52,961 nucleotides of DNA from Candidatus Magasanikbacteria bacterium RIFOXYC2_FULL_40_16 (GCA_001783185.1 MFQY01000047.1:1-52961), one strand, 5' to 3'; shown: positions 27,030-37,074, counted from the first letter of the stretch. Program-made: numbers and translations. The notes: generated by a model not told the origin, from the sequence alone.

Positions 27030-27070
27030 AGAGGCCCGAGGATCGCGAGATCCGAGGGCCTCTCTTTTTT
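27030..27070 (+). terminator. Intrinsic terminator
   Basis: AGAGGCCCGAGGATC-GCGA-GATCCGAGGGCCTCT followed by TTTTTT. Confidence 0.65.
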
Positions 27071-27683
27071 ATTCATTTTTTTTATCAGCCATTATTTCTT
27101 CAATAGCCTCCAGCATCTCATCAAAATTTGAGACTATTTTATGCGGATTGCCTTTTTCTAGCCGTTCTCTATCGTGAAATCCGAAATCAACCGCGATAGA
27201 TTTAACACCGGCCTTATGGCCTTCCAAAATATCCCCCAATGTATCGGTGATAAATACGCAATCATCATTTTTTAAATTATGTTTTTCAAATAATTGTTCA
27301 AATTTTTTAACCTTGGAGGTGTGAGTTTCAAACCCGAAGATATCTTTGAAGATATGAGTGGACTCGCTTTTTTGGAAATAAGCGTTTAGGGTTTTTTCCT
27401 GATTGGAGGTAATGATAAATAGAGAATATTTTTCGGTTAATTTTTCCAAAAATATTTTTGTTTCAGCTTTGAGCTCCAGGGAGCCGAACACCTCGTCTTG
27501 CATTTCAAAAAAAATTTTGGAATTTTCTTCATCGATTTCTGCTCTCTCATAAATATTGCCATTGAAAAAATTTTTGTATTCTTCTCGGCTTAATTCTTTT
27601 CCAAAAATCCGGGTGCTTGTTTCATAGGCCAATTCAAAAGTATCGTGGATTACACCGTCAAAATCAAAAATAATCGCGTTCAT
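27069..27683 (-). CDS. HAD-superfamily hydrolase (phosphatase)
   Basis: Motif I IIFDFDGVIHDT, plus ITSN and ITDTLGDI motifs. Confidence 0.85.
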   Translation of the reverse strand: MNAIIFDFDGVIHDTFELAYETSTRIFGKELSREEYKNFFNGNIYERAEIDEENSKIFFEMQDEVFGSLELKAETKIFLEKLTEKYSLFIITSNQEKTLNAYFQKSESTHIFKDIFGFETHTSKVKKFEQLFEKHNLKNDDCVFITDTLGDILEGHKAGVKSIAVDFGFHDRERLEKGNPHKIVSNFDEMLEAIEEIMADKKNE

Positions 27684-27767
27684 AATATCAATTAATCATA
27701 AAAGTTTCGTAAAGATTATTTTACTATATCGCGCGGTAATAATCAAGGATAAAAATTAAATAAAAAT

Positions 27768-28114
27768 AAAGCTACCCCGACCAAGTCGGGGTAGCTTTTA
27801 AAAGAATACCTAGTCGGCGCAATTGCAGTTGATTCTTTTTAGGGAACAACTATTTATGCGTCGTGTAATATCCTCCCCCGCTATTGCGGAGTAATATTGT
27901 AAAAATGCCTTTACACATTCTTTCCGACAAATCGGAAAGGTAGCCGTGAAAGGAAGAATATATGTGAAGTTCATATATATACTTCCGGTCACGCGCATTA
28001 TCCATAGGCACCCGTTGTGAATCTTTCGGCGATCAGTATCTAGGCCATTACATTCCATTCAGAGATGCCATTCGGATAACAATAAATCATACCATATTTG
28101 TATGAGTTTGTCAA
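27768..28114 (-). ncRNA. Orphan promoter-to-terminator unit (about 310 nt): candidate structured ncRNA or Cys-rich small protein
   Basis: On the minus strand, TTGACA-17-TATGAT (28114-28086) is followed by several hairpins. The unit ends at the terminator AAAGCTACCCCGAC-TTGG-GTCGGGGTAGCTTT (27799-27768). The only long ORF (27810..28058, 82 aa, 7 Cys) lacks an SD. Confidence 0.3.
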
Positions 28115-28135
28115 GTGGTAAAGGTGGATAAAAGA

Positions 28136-28175
28136 AAAAACCGGCGGAACGCGAAACGCGTTGCCACCGGTGTGG
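28136..28175 (-). terminator. Intrinsic terminator of 28204..28773
   Basis: The minus strand reads ACCGGTGGCAACGCG-TTTC-GCGTTCCGCCGGT followed by TTTTTT. Confidence 0.55.
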
Positions 28176-28203
28176 GTGAAAATAAGGCATTTTTTGGCTT
28201 AGT

Positions 28204-28773
28204 TTAGTGTTTTTTGCCAAAAGCGCCCAATTCCGTCCCGTCCGGCAGGATTTTGAACTGCCTTCCATTTTTGACCACCGTCGCTACATCAAGGTAGAAC
28301 TCGGCGGCCAGGTCAAAACTGTCGCGCGGACCGTGCGCCGGCTCCCCATTGGGGAGGATGTAGTAGTAGACCTCGTCCGTTCTTATCGGCGCCAACCCGG
28401 AGGAAAAATCCCCCGCGTAATCAAATCTGTACAGATACGCCGGCCTGCCGTCCCGGTCAATGTGGAAGCAGTTGCGGTCGTTATCCATCACGACCGACAG
28501 GAACAAATCTTCTTCCACAATCGTGAACATCTTCACCGTCAGGTAGCGTTCGGCGTAAGCCGGCGAACCATCCGGTTTGATATGGAAGAAGTTGTCTTGG
28601 TCGTCAACAACAACCGCCCGTCCGAAGGAAAAATCCTCCACCATCTTGTATCTCTGGGAGTAGGCGGGCAATCCCGTATCCGCAAATACGTGGAACAGTC
28701 CACCTACATCTAGCGCTTGTTTGAAGCCTTCGGCTTCGTTGCTTATGATCTCTATTCTTGCCGGCTTCATCAT
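28204..28773 (-). CDS. WG-repeat-like protein (about 45-aa repeats), G+C-rich cassette
   Basis: 189 aa with repeated F.(G)xA.V.......F.I..DG.PAY..R(Y/F) units resembling WG/KWG repeats (W replaced by F/Y). SD GGAGGG lies before the ATG. Confidence 0.6.
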   Translation of the reverse strand: MMKPARIEIISNEAEGFKQALDVGGLFHVFADTGLPAYSQRYKMVEDFSFGRAVVVDDQDNFFHIKPDGSPAYAERYLTVKMFTIVEEDLFLSVVMDNDRNCFHIDRDGRPAYLYRFDYAGDFSSGLAPIRTDEVYYYILPNGEPAHGPRDSFDLAAEFYLDVATVVKNGRQFKILPDGTELGAFGKKH

Positions 28774-28816
28774 CTGACCCTCCGTTGTTTACAGTTGTTT
28801 TTGAAACGGATAGCGG

Positions 28817-28845
28817 ACTATAACATATCTTTTTATTTTTGTAAA
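28817..28845 (-). promoter_or_regulatory. Sigma70-like promoter (extended -10)
   Basis: Minus strand TTTACA, 17-nt spacer, TGTTATAGT, about 40 nt upstream of the ATG at 28773. Confidence 0.45.
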
Positions 28846-29388
28846 GGCAAAAAAGCAACCTTTTTGGGTTATTTTTGTCTGTATACTATATATATTGTGG
28901 ATAAGTTTTGGGTCAAAAACCATCAATTTTGCCATAAATTAGCTAAGGTTAGCTAAAAATATCGATTTCTTGACATAATAAATCCACTATGTTCTATTTG
29001 ACAAATATATTTTTTTCCTGTATGCTTATGAACATTGGCATGCGGATTGTCAAGTTAGTGTAAATTTCAGCTTAATTAACTGAATTTGCGCCAACCTGAC
29101 AGTTCATATAAAAAACGCGGCCTTGTCTTCCAGATCTGCTCCCAACTTCGGCAGTCGTGTCCTTACACGGAGAGAAGAGAGACATGGGCAATAAGTCAAC
29201 TGCTCGTTACCGGATTCCGGGACAGAGCGGCCCTGTAAAAACAGGGAATTGCTATAACCCATGCCATACGCGAATTATACAAAATCGGAACAATAATAAA
29301 CGACTTTTCAAAAAGCCGATTTTTTTGTCGCGAAAATTTTTAATCAATTTAATTACTTTTAATTTTTAAATTTTTAATTTTATTTATT

Positions 29389-32300
29389 ATGCCGGTATAC
29401 AAACGCCAACCAACGAAAGAGACCGAGAGAAAATTCTTCACGGATATTCGCGACAGAATACCTTTGCCTGATTTAATTGAAGTGCAAAAGGAATCTTATA
29501 AATGGTTTTTTGAAGATGGAATGAAGGAACTGTTTGAAGAAGTTTCTCCGATAACCGATTTTACGGGAAGAGACTTGGAATTATATTTTGAAGACTATTA
29601 TATAGATGAGCCGAAATTTGATGAGGTTACCTGCCGTGAAAAAAATATCACTTTTGAAGCGCCTCTTCGCGTTGTCACCAGACTGGTCAATAAACGCACC
29701 GGCAAAGAAGATAAACAGGAAATATATCTTGGCGATATTCCGGTGATGACTGACAGGGGAACTTTTGTCGTGAACGGAATTGAACGTGTGGTTGTTTCTC
29801 AACTTATCAGAAGCCCGGGCGCGTTTTTTACCGCGGAAACGGTTCGCGGACGCAGATTTTATGGCGGAAAAGTTATTCCGAACCGTGGAGCTTGGATTGA
29901 AGTGGAGACCGACCAAAATAATGTAATTTGGATTAAGGTTGACAGAAAAAGAAAAGTGGCGGCTACTTCTCTTTTACGCGCGTTTGGTATGGGAGGCGAT
30001 GAAGAAATTTTGAAAGCGTTTGTTGACGTGGATATTCATCCGAATATTAAATATATTGAAAATACTTTACAGAAAGATGTTGCTTCCAATGAAGATGAAG
30101 GTTTGATTGAAGTTTACAAAAGAATTCGTCCGGGCGATTTGGCCACGGCTGATAATGCCAGGGGTTTGATACACGCGATGTTTTTTAATTTTGACCGTTA
30201 TGATTTGGGAAAAGTCGGCGTATATAAATTTAACACCAAATTTAACCTCGCGCTGGATAAAAGCAAATTTGATTCCAAAGAAGAAAGAGTTTTGTCCCCG
30301 GAAAAATTGGTGCAAGTTTTGAAAGAAGTCGTTCGTTTGAATGTCAGCCAGGAAGAACCGGATGATATTGACCATTTGGGAAACCGCCGTGTCCGTTCCG
30401 TCGGTGAATTGGTGCAAAACCGATTCCGCGTCGGCATGGCCAGAATGGAACGCATCGTCAAAGACAGAATGAGCACTTATGAAATTGAAAGCCTAAATCC
30501 TAATAAACTTATAAACGCCAGACCGGTAATTGGCGCGGTGCGCGAGTTTTTTATGAGCTCTCAACTTTCACAGTTCATGGATCAGATTAATCCGTTAGCT
30601 GAATTGGAACACAAACGTCGTATCAGCGCGCTTGGTCCGGGCGGTTTATCCCGCGATCGAGCCGGGTTTGAGGTTCGCGATGTGCACACGACTCACTATG
30701 GAAGAATTTGTCCGATTGCCACTCCGGAAGGACCGAACATCGGTCTTGTTGGCCATTTGTCCAGCTTTGCCAAGGTCAACAGTTTTGGATTTTTGGAAAC
30801 TCCATATCGCAAAGTGGTTCATGATGTGCCGAATGAAGCCAGATTTACCAAAGGCGAAATCGCCCGCGAAACCGTAAAAGGCGTTGTTGATGCCGGCGAA
30901 AAAATTACTCCGGAAATCGCCAAAAAACTTGAAGATAAAAAAGATTTAAAAACAGTCGCTGTCAAACCGCGCGCCACCAATGAAATTACTTATTTGAATT
31001 CATTTGATGAAGAGCGCGTCATTACCGCCAGCGCCACCACGTCGATGGATGACGATGGATTTTTAATGGTGGAAAGAACTCCGGCTCGCGTTGAAGGGGA
31101 GCCGAGTATTATTGAAACCGAAAAAATTGATTATCTTGATGTTTCTTCCAATCAGATTTTAAGCGTAGCAACAAGTTTAATTCCGTTTTTGGAACATGAT
31201 GATGCCACCCGCGCTTTGATGGGAACAAATATGCAGAGACAGGCCGTGCCTTGTATTAAACCGGATTCGCCGATTGTCGGCACCGGCATTGAAGGGAAAG
31301 CCGCGCAAAATAGCGGACACGCGATTTTGGCGAAGAGAGACGGCAAGGTGACAGCGGTAGACGGAAATAAAATTGAAATAACTTCTCACGGAAAAACCGA
31401 TGTATACAGAATGAACAAATTTATTCGCTCCAATGCTTCCAGTTCGATCAACCAAAGGCCGATTGTCAATTTGGATGATACGGTAAAGAAAGGCGATGTT
31501 TTGTGCGATGGTCCGTCAATTCAAAATGGCGAGTTGGCGTTGGGACAAAATGTTTTGGTCGCGTATATGGTATGGGACGGATATAATTATGAAGATGCGA
31601 TTATCCTTTCTGAAAGATTGGTTCAAAATGACCGTTATACTTCAGTTCATATTGAAGACTATTCAACCGATGTGCGCGAAACAAAACTCGGTTCGGAAGT
31701 GGTCACATCCGATATTCCGAATGTGTCTGAAGAAAAATTAAAAAATCTTGATTCTGAAGGTGTGGTTCGTGTCGGCGCCGAAGTTCACTCCGGCGATATT
31801 CTTGTTGGTAAAATCACACCAAAAGGCGAGACTGAACTTACATCCGAAGAAAGATTACTCCGCGCGATTTTCGGAGAAAAAGCTCGAGATGTCCGCGATT
31901 CTTCACTTTATCTTGAACATGGCGAACAAGGAAAAGTTATTAACATAGAAACATTTTCAACTGACAAGGGGGATAAATTACAGCCCGGAGTAATGAAACA
32001 GGTACAAATAACGGTGGCTGATCTCCGCAAGGTGCAAGTCGGCGATAAGATGGCCGGACGCCATGGCAACAAGGGTGTTATTTCCAGAGTTGTGCCGGTT
32101 GAAGATATGCCGTTTTTGGAAGATGGCACTCCGGTAGATGTAATTCTTTCTCCGCTTGGCGTTGTTTCTCGTATGAACTTGGGACAATTGCTTGAGACTC
32201 ATTTGGGATTGGCAGCCAACGCGCTTGGCTATAAAGTGGCGACTCCGGTATTAAACGGATTGACAGAAGACCAAATCAAAGGAGAATTGGTAAAAGCCGG

Positions 32301-32817
32301 TATGCCGACAGACGGTAAATTACAATTATATGACGGAAGAACCGGCGTGGCTTTTGATAATAAAACAACGGTCGGTTATAACTACATACTTAAACTTAAT
32401 CACATGGTTGAGGATAAAATCCACCAGAGATCAATCGGCTCATATAGTTTGATTACACAGCAGCCTCTCGGTGGTAAGGCGCAATTTGGCGGACAGAGAT
32501 TTGGAGAAATGGAAGTTTGGGCGTTGGAAGCTTATGGAGCGGCGCACACTTTGCAGGAAATTTTGACGATTAAATCCGATGATGTCCCGGGCAGAAGCAA
32601 AGCTTATGAAGCAATTATAAAAGGCGAGAAAATTACAAAGGTCAACTTGCCTGAATCATTTAATGTCCTTGTCCGCGAACTTAAAGGTTTGTGTTTGGAT
32701 GTAAAGTTATTGTCAAAACTTGATAATGGCACTTACGCGCCAACTGAAGAATTGAGAGCCGCCAGACAAAAGGAAAGAGACGCGCGCGAAGCGGAAGAAG
32801 GAACTTTGGGAGAATAA
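29389..32817 (+). CDS. rpoB: DNA-directed RNA polymerase subunit beta
   Basis: 1142 aa with GNRRVRSVGEL, EGPNIGL, NMQRQAVP, GRHGNKGV and KSDDVPGRSK. Confidence 0.97.
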   Translation: MPVYKRQPTKETERKFFTDIRDRIPLPDLIEVQKESYKWFFEDGMKELFEEVSPITDFTGRDLELYFEDYYIDEPKFDEVTCREKNITFEAPLRVVTRLVNKRTGKEDKQEIYLGDIPVMTDRGTFVVNGIERVVVSQLIRSPGAFFTAETVRGRRFYGGKVIPNRGAWIEVETDQNNVIWIKVDRKRKVAATSLLRAFGMGGDEEILKAFVDVDIHPNIKYIENTLQKDVASNEDEGLIEVYKRIRPGDLATADNARGLIHAMFFNFDRYDLGKVGVYKFNTKFNLALDKSKFDSKEERVLSPEKLVQVLKEVVRLNVSQEEPDDIDHLGNRRVRSVGELVQNRFRVGMARMERIVKDRMSTYEIESLNPNKLINARPVIGAVREFFMSSQLSQFMDQINPLAELEHKRRISALGPGGLSRDRAGFEVRDVHTTHYGRICPIATPEGPNIGLVGHLSSFAKVNSFGFLETPYRKVVHDVPNEARFTKGEIARETVKGVVDAGEKITPEIAKKLEDKKDLKTVAVKPRATNEITYLNSFDEERVITASATTSMDDDGFLMVERTPARVEGEPSIIETEKIDYLDVSSNQILSVATSLIPFLEHDDATRALMGTNMQRQAVPCIKPDSPIVGTGIEGKAAQNSGHAILAKRDGKVTAVDGNKIEITSHGKTDVYRMNKFIRSNASSSINQRPIVNLDDTVKKGDVLCDGPSIQNGELALGQNVLVAYMVWDGYNYEDAIILSERLVQNDRYTSVHIEDYSTDVRETKLGSEVVTSDIPNVSEEKLKNLDSEGVVRVGAEVHSGDILVGKITPKGETELTSEERLLRAIFGEKARDVRDSSLYLEHGEQGKVINIETFSTDKGDKLQPGVMKQVQITVADLRKVQVGDKMAGRHGNKGVISRVVPVEDMPFLEDGTPVDVILSPLGVVSRMNLGQLLETHLGLAANALGYKVATPVLNGLTEDQIKGELVKAGMPTDGKLQLYDGRTGVAFDNKTTVGYNYILKLNHMVEDKIHQRSIGSYSLITQQPLGGKAQFGGQRFGEMEVWALEAYGAAHTLQEILTIKSDDVPGRSKAYEAIIKGEKITKVNLPESFNVLVRELKGLCLDVKLLSKLDNGTYAPTEELRAARQKERDAREAEEGTLGE

Positions 32818-32844
32818 ATAATCAAATAATCTAACTATATATAT

Positions 32845-35800
32845 ATGTCTCACGAATCACCACATTTAATAGATTTTGATGCTTTGGCTCTTCAGGTTGC
32901 TTCACCGGAAGTAATTCGCGGTTGGTCAAAAGGTTTGGTCTCAAAACCGGAAACAATCAATTACCGCACGCAAAAACCTGAAAAAGGCGGTTTGTTCGCC
33001 GAGGAAATCTTTGGGCCGACCAAAGATTGGGAATGTTTCTGTGGAAAATACAAAAAAATTCGTTATAAAGGAATAATTTGCGACAAGTGCGGGGTTGAAG
33101 TCACCCATTCGCTTGTTCGCCGTGAACGTATGGGTCATATTGACCTGTCCACCGCGGTTTCCCACATCTGGTTTCTCCGTTCCATTCCGTCAAAAATCGG
33201 TTTAGTTTTAGATGTGCCGATGCACTCTTTGGAAAAAGTTATTTATTTCGCTTCGTTTATCATCACCAAAGTTGATGAAAATTTAAGAACCGAAACACAT
33301 GAAGCGTTGAAAGAGGAATTCAAATCAAAGAGAAAGCAGATTGAAAAAGAAACCAAGAGAAAGTTGGAAACGGTTGGAGGCAAAGAAAAAGAAATGAAGA
33401 GCATTGTTAAAGAGGGTGATGAAAAAATATCCAATCTTGAAGAAGAGTTTAAGAGGGTGGAGAGTGATTTGAAAGAAATGAAGCCGTTGACGATTTTGTC
33501 CGAGAATCAATATCAGGAATTGGCGCTCCGCTTCGGCCATTTATTTGAGGCCGGCATCGGCGCCGAGGCGATAAAATCGTTATTGGAAAAAATTAATTTG
33601 GAAAAAACCATTGAAGCTCTTACTGAAGAAATTAAAAACAGCAAAGGCGCGAAATGCGAAAGACTTATTAGGCGCGCCAAATTGTTAAAGAGCTTTTATA
33701 AAAACAATATCAAACCGGAATGGATGATTTTGGATGTTATTCCGGTAATTCCTCCGGATTTGCGTCCAATGGTCGCTTTGGACGGAGGGCGTTTCGCAAC
33801 TTCCGACTTGAACGATTTATACCGAAGAGTAATCAACAGAAATAATCGTTTGAAGAGGCTGTTGGATTTGAACGCGCCGGAAGTTATTTGCCGAAATGAA
33901 AAAAGAATGTTGCAAGAAGCGGTTGACGCGTTGATTGATAATAACGCGCGCGCTTCAAAAACCGTGACCGCGTCCACCGGACAAAAGAGACAACTTCGCT
34001 CGCTCGCTGATATCTTAAAAGGCAAGCAAGGCCGTTTCCGCCAAAACTTATTGGGTAAGCGCGTGGATTATTCCGGCCGTTCCGTAATCGTGGTCGGTCC
34101 GAAATTGAATATTGATGAATGCGGTTTGCCGAAAAGAATGGCGCTTGAATTGTTCAAGCCGTTTGTGATGAGTGAAATTATCAAACGCGAATACGCTTAC
34201 AATGTCAGAAGCGCTTCCAGATTTATTGAAACTAACGCGCCGGAAGTTTGGGATATTTTGGAAGAAGTTACCAAAAAAACCAGAGTGCTTTTAAACCGCG
34301 CTCCGACTTTGCATCGTTTGGGTATTCAGTCTTTCCGTCCGTTATTGGTGGAAGGCAAGGCCATCCGTTTGCATCCGTTGGTCTGTCCGGCGTTTAATGC
34401 CGACTTTGACGGCGACCAAATGGCGGTCCACGTCCCTTTGACTGAAGAAGCGCGTTGGGAAGCGGAAAATTTGATGGCATCAGAGAAAAATATTTTGAAG
34501 CCGGCAACAGGTTCTCCGGTGACGACTCCGCAACAGGATATCGCGCTTGGTTGTTATTATTTGACCAAATACAGAGAAGACGACACCAAAGAAGTTAAGA
34601 AATTTTTCTCCGATATCCGCGAAGCGACCTTCGCCTACAAGAGCCGTTTGATTACTTTGAAAGAAAGAATCAAAGTCCGCTTTGATGATTTGAGCAAATT
34701 TCCGGAAGGAACCGGCCCGATGATTGAAACTTCAATCGGCCGAATTTTCTTCAATGAAATTTTGCCAGACAAACTTCCTTACTATAACGAAACAGTTACC
34801 AAAAAACATTTGGGCAACATCATTCAATTTTTGCTTGAGTTGTATGGACAGGAAAAGACCGCCTATGTGCTTGATGATATGAAAAGTTTAGGGTTTAAGT
34901 ATGTAACGACTTCAGGTTATTCACTGGGTATGGAAGATTTTGGAAGCATCCCGGAAAAAGCGGCTATCTTGAAAGACGGCGATGAACAGATTTTGATGGT
35001 GGAACAACAGTATCAAGAAGGTTTGTTGACTGATTCGGAAAGACACTCTAAGGTTATGGAAATCTGGACCGGGGTTAAAGATAAAGTAGTATCCCACAAT
35101 AAAGAAGGTTTGGATAAAGACGGGTCCGTATTCGCGATGATTGATTCCGGCGCCCGCGGTTCTTGGGGTCAGTTGGGACAGGTTATTGGTATGAAAGGCT
35201 TGGTAGCTTCTCCATCCGGTGATATTATTGAACTTCCGGTAAAAGGAAACTTTAAAGAAGGCTTTGATGTTTTGGAATTCTTTATCTCCTCTCATGGTAC
35301 CAGAAAAGGTTTGTCCGATACCGCTTTACGCACGGCCAACGCCGGTTATCTAACCCGCCGTTTGGTTGATGTGGCGCAAGATGTGGTGGTGTTGGAAGAT
35401 GATTGCGGAGATGTTGACGGCGAAATATTCACCAAAGAACAATCCGAACAGATGGGACAAAAATTATCACAAAGAGTAATCGGCCGGTTTGTTTTGGCTC
35501 CGGTTAAAGACGGCAAGAGGACGATTGTTAAAGAAGGCGAAGTGGTGACGGAAGAAGCCGCGCGTCAAATTGACCAGGCCGGCATTGAACAAATTCACGT
35601 TCGGTCTGTTTTGCAGTGCAAATTGCCAAAGGGCGTTTGCGTGAAATGCTACGGATTTGATTTGAGCAATAATAAAGTAGTGAAAAAAGGCACTGCGGTC
35701 GGTATTATTGCCGCGCAGTCAATCGGCGAACCGGGCACCCAGCTTACAATGAGAACCTTCCACTTGGGCGGTGTTGCCGGAGGCGGAGATATCACGCAAG

Positions 35801-36741
35801 GTTTACCTCGTGTTGAAGAATTGTTTGAAGCGCGCGCTCCAAAAAGAAAAGCGGTTTTAGCTGAACATAATGGCACGATTCAAATAGAAAACGCCGATGG
35901 CAAAGTTATTACCAGCCCGACAGGAAGAAAGATTTTTGAAGGTAGACGCGGACAGAAAATCATTAAACTTACTTATGACGGCAGTGATGAAATGGCGGTA
36001 AAATTTTTGAAGTCAGATGATTTGCAGGTTGCTGATGGGCAAGAAGTAAAAGAAGGCACAGTTTTGTTTGTTAGAGGCAGTTCGGGCGAGGAAGTGAAAG
36101 CTAAACACAACGGTATAGTCTTGATTGATAAAAATAAAGTGTTGCTTACTTTTGAAGGCAGTCATGTGAAAGAATATATCATCCCGATGGGATATAAGTT
36201 GTGGGTGAAAGACGGCGATGAAGTGAAGAAGGGCGATCAGTTGACTGAAGGCAGTGTTGATTTGCACGAATTGCATGAATTGAAAGGACGCGATGCGGTG
36301 CAAAGATATATTTTGACCGAGATTCAGGAAATTTACGCTTCGCAAGGCCAGAGGTTGAATGACAAACACGTGGAAATTATTATCAAACAAATGTTTAGTC
36401 GTGTTTACATTGAAGATCCGGGAGAAACTGATTTATTGCCGGGCGAAACAGTGGAAAAAGCGCAATGGCTGATTGCTAATCATCAATATAGAAAAGATTC
36501 AATCGCAAGATCAAAAGCGCGCGAATTATTCCTCGGCATCAGCAAGGTTTCATTATCAACACAAAGCTTTTTGTCAGCGGCTTCTTTCCAGGAGACTGCT
36601 CGTGTATTGATTAACGCCGCCATCAACGGAAAGATAGACCATTTGGAAGGCTTGAAAGAAAATGTTATCATCGGTCGTTTGATTCCGGTTGGAACCGGTT
36701 TTGGCGACAAAGAATTGAAAATAGATGAAGAAAGCAAATAG
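32845..36741 (+). CDS. rpoC: DNA-directed RNA polymerase subunit beta'
   Basis: 1298 aa with a zinc motif (CFCGKYKKIRYKGIICDKCGVEV), catalytic NADFDGDQMAVH and trigger-loop region. Confidence 0.97.
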   Translation: MSHESPHLIDFDALALQVASPEVIRGWSKGLVSKPETINYRTQKPEKGGLFAEEIFGPTKDWECFCGKYKKIRYKGIICDKCGVEVTHSLVRRERMGHIDLSTAVSHIWFLRSIPSKIGLVLDVPMHSLEKVIYFASFIITKVDENLRTETHEALKEEFKSKRKQIEKETKRKLETVGGKEKEMKSIVKEGDEKISNLEEEFKRVESDLKEMKPLTILSENQYQELALRFGHLFEAGIGAEAIKSLLEKINLEKTIEALTEEIKNSKGAKCERLIRRAKLLKSFYKNNIKPEWMILDVIPVIPPDLRPMVALDGGRFATSDLNDLYRRVINRNNRLKRLLDLNAPEVICRNEKRMLQEAVDALIDNNARASKTVTASTGQKRQLRSLADILKGKQGRFRQNLLGKRVDYSGRSVIVVGPKLNIDECGLPKRMALELFKPFVMSEIIKREYAYNVRSASRFIETNAPEVWDILEEVTKKTRVLLNRAPTLHRLGIQSFRPLLVEGKAIRLHPLVCPAFNADFDGDQMAVHVPLTEEARWEAENLMASEKNILKPATGSPVTTPQQDIALGCYYLTKYREDDTKEVKKFFSDIREATFAYKSRLITLKERIKVRFDDLSKFPEGTGPMIETSIGRIFFNEILPDKLPYYNETVTKKHLGNIIQFLLELYGQEKTAYVLDDMKSLGFKYVTTSGYSLGMEDFGSIPEKAAILKDGDEQILMVEQQYQEGLLTDSERHSKVMEIWTGVKDKVVSHNKEGLDKDGSVFAMIDSGARGSWGQLGQVIGMKGLVASPSGDIIELPVKGNFKEGFDVLEFFISSHGTRKGLSDTALRTANAGYLTRRLVDVAQDVVVLEDDCGDVDGEIFTKEQSEQMGQKLSQRVIGRFVLAPVKDGKRTIVKEGEVVTEEAARQIDQAGIEQIHVRSVLQCKLPKGVCVKCYGFDLSNNKVVKKGTAVGIIAAQSIGEPGTQLTMRTFHLGGVAGGGDITQGLPRVEELFEARAPKRKAVLAEHNGTIQIENADGKVITSPTGRKIFEGRRGQKIIKLTYDGSDEMAVKFLKSDDLQVADGQEVKEGTVLFVRGSSGEEVKAKHNGIVLIDKNKVLLTFEGSHVKEYIIPMGYKLWVKDGDEVKKGDQLTEGSVDLHELHELKGRDAVQRYILTEIQEIYASQGQRLNDKHVEIIIKQMFSRVYIEDPGETDLLPGETVEKAQWLIANHQYRKDSIARSKARELFLGISKVSLSTQSFLSAASFQETARVLINAAINGKIDHLEGLKENVIIGRLIPVGTGFGDKELKIDEESK

Positions 36742-36742
36742 G

Positions 36743-36777
36743 CCGTAACTCGTAAACCGTAATCCGTAACTCGTAAA
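36743..36777. repeat. Family-D short word repeat (TAACTCGT / AAACCGT / AATCCGT)
   Basis: CCGTAACTCGTAAACCGTAATCCGTAACTCGTAAAG lies directly after the rpoC stop. The same words recur at 22667-22680 and 40544-40664. Confidence 0.6.
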
Positions 36778-36789
36778 GTGAAAGAATAA

Positions 36790-36822
36790 AAAATTCCCCT
36801 GATTATTTCAGGGGAATTTTTT
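36790..36822 (+). terminator. Intrinsic terminator after rpoC
   Basis: AAAATTCCCCTGA-TTATTT-CAGGGGAATTTT plus a T-run. Confidence 0.65.
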
Positions 36823-36881
36823 GTGGACTTTTTTTAAAAACAAAATTTGGCTGATTTTAGCCATAAATTGGCTTTTTGCTA

Positions 36882-36910
36882 TTGACAAATTCAGAATTTT
36901 ATGTTATAGT
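36882..36910 (+). promoter_or_regulatory. Sigma70-like promoter (extended -10) of the DGR target gene
   Basis: TTGACA, 17-nt spacer, TGTTATAGT, about 165 nt upstream of the ATG at 37075. Confidence 0.5.
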
Positions 36911-37074
36911 AAGCTATTCTTTTAAAGCGTGGAAGGTTTGTAAAATCATATTGGTTGGAGTATTTATGTCGCTTAAATTAGGACATATAAATACTCTCCT
37001 CAATTTTGAGAGAGTCCCGGGCCTCGGGCAGGGGCAAAATACTTTTTGGGCTTTCAGCCCAATAGGAGACAGAG

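Noticed and set aside
28059-28268. 69-aa minus-strand ORF
   Set aside because: It spans the terminator of 28204..28773 and the orphan-unit promoter, and its 5' end overlaps the real gene.
27768-29290. tmRNA, RNase P RNA, SRP RNA or 6S RNA in the two G+C-rich non-coding stretches
   Set aside because: I looked for GGGG...ACCA tmRNA ends and a tag ORF ending in LAA. I also looked for the RNase P GAGGAAAGTCC / ACAGAA..CGGCTTA boxes and the SRP GGAAG.AGCA domain IV. None was found. This needs an Infernal scan to be definitive.
29157-29369. 70-aa ORF in the rpoB leader
   Set aside because: It starts at GTG, has no SD and has an Arg/Asn-rich low-complexity end. It is kept only as part of the leader observation.
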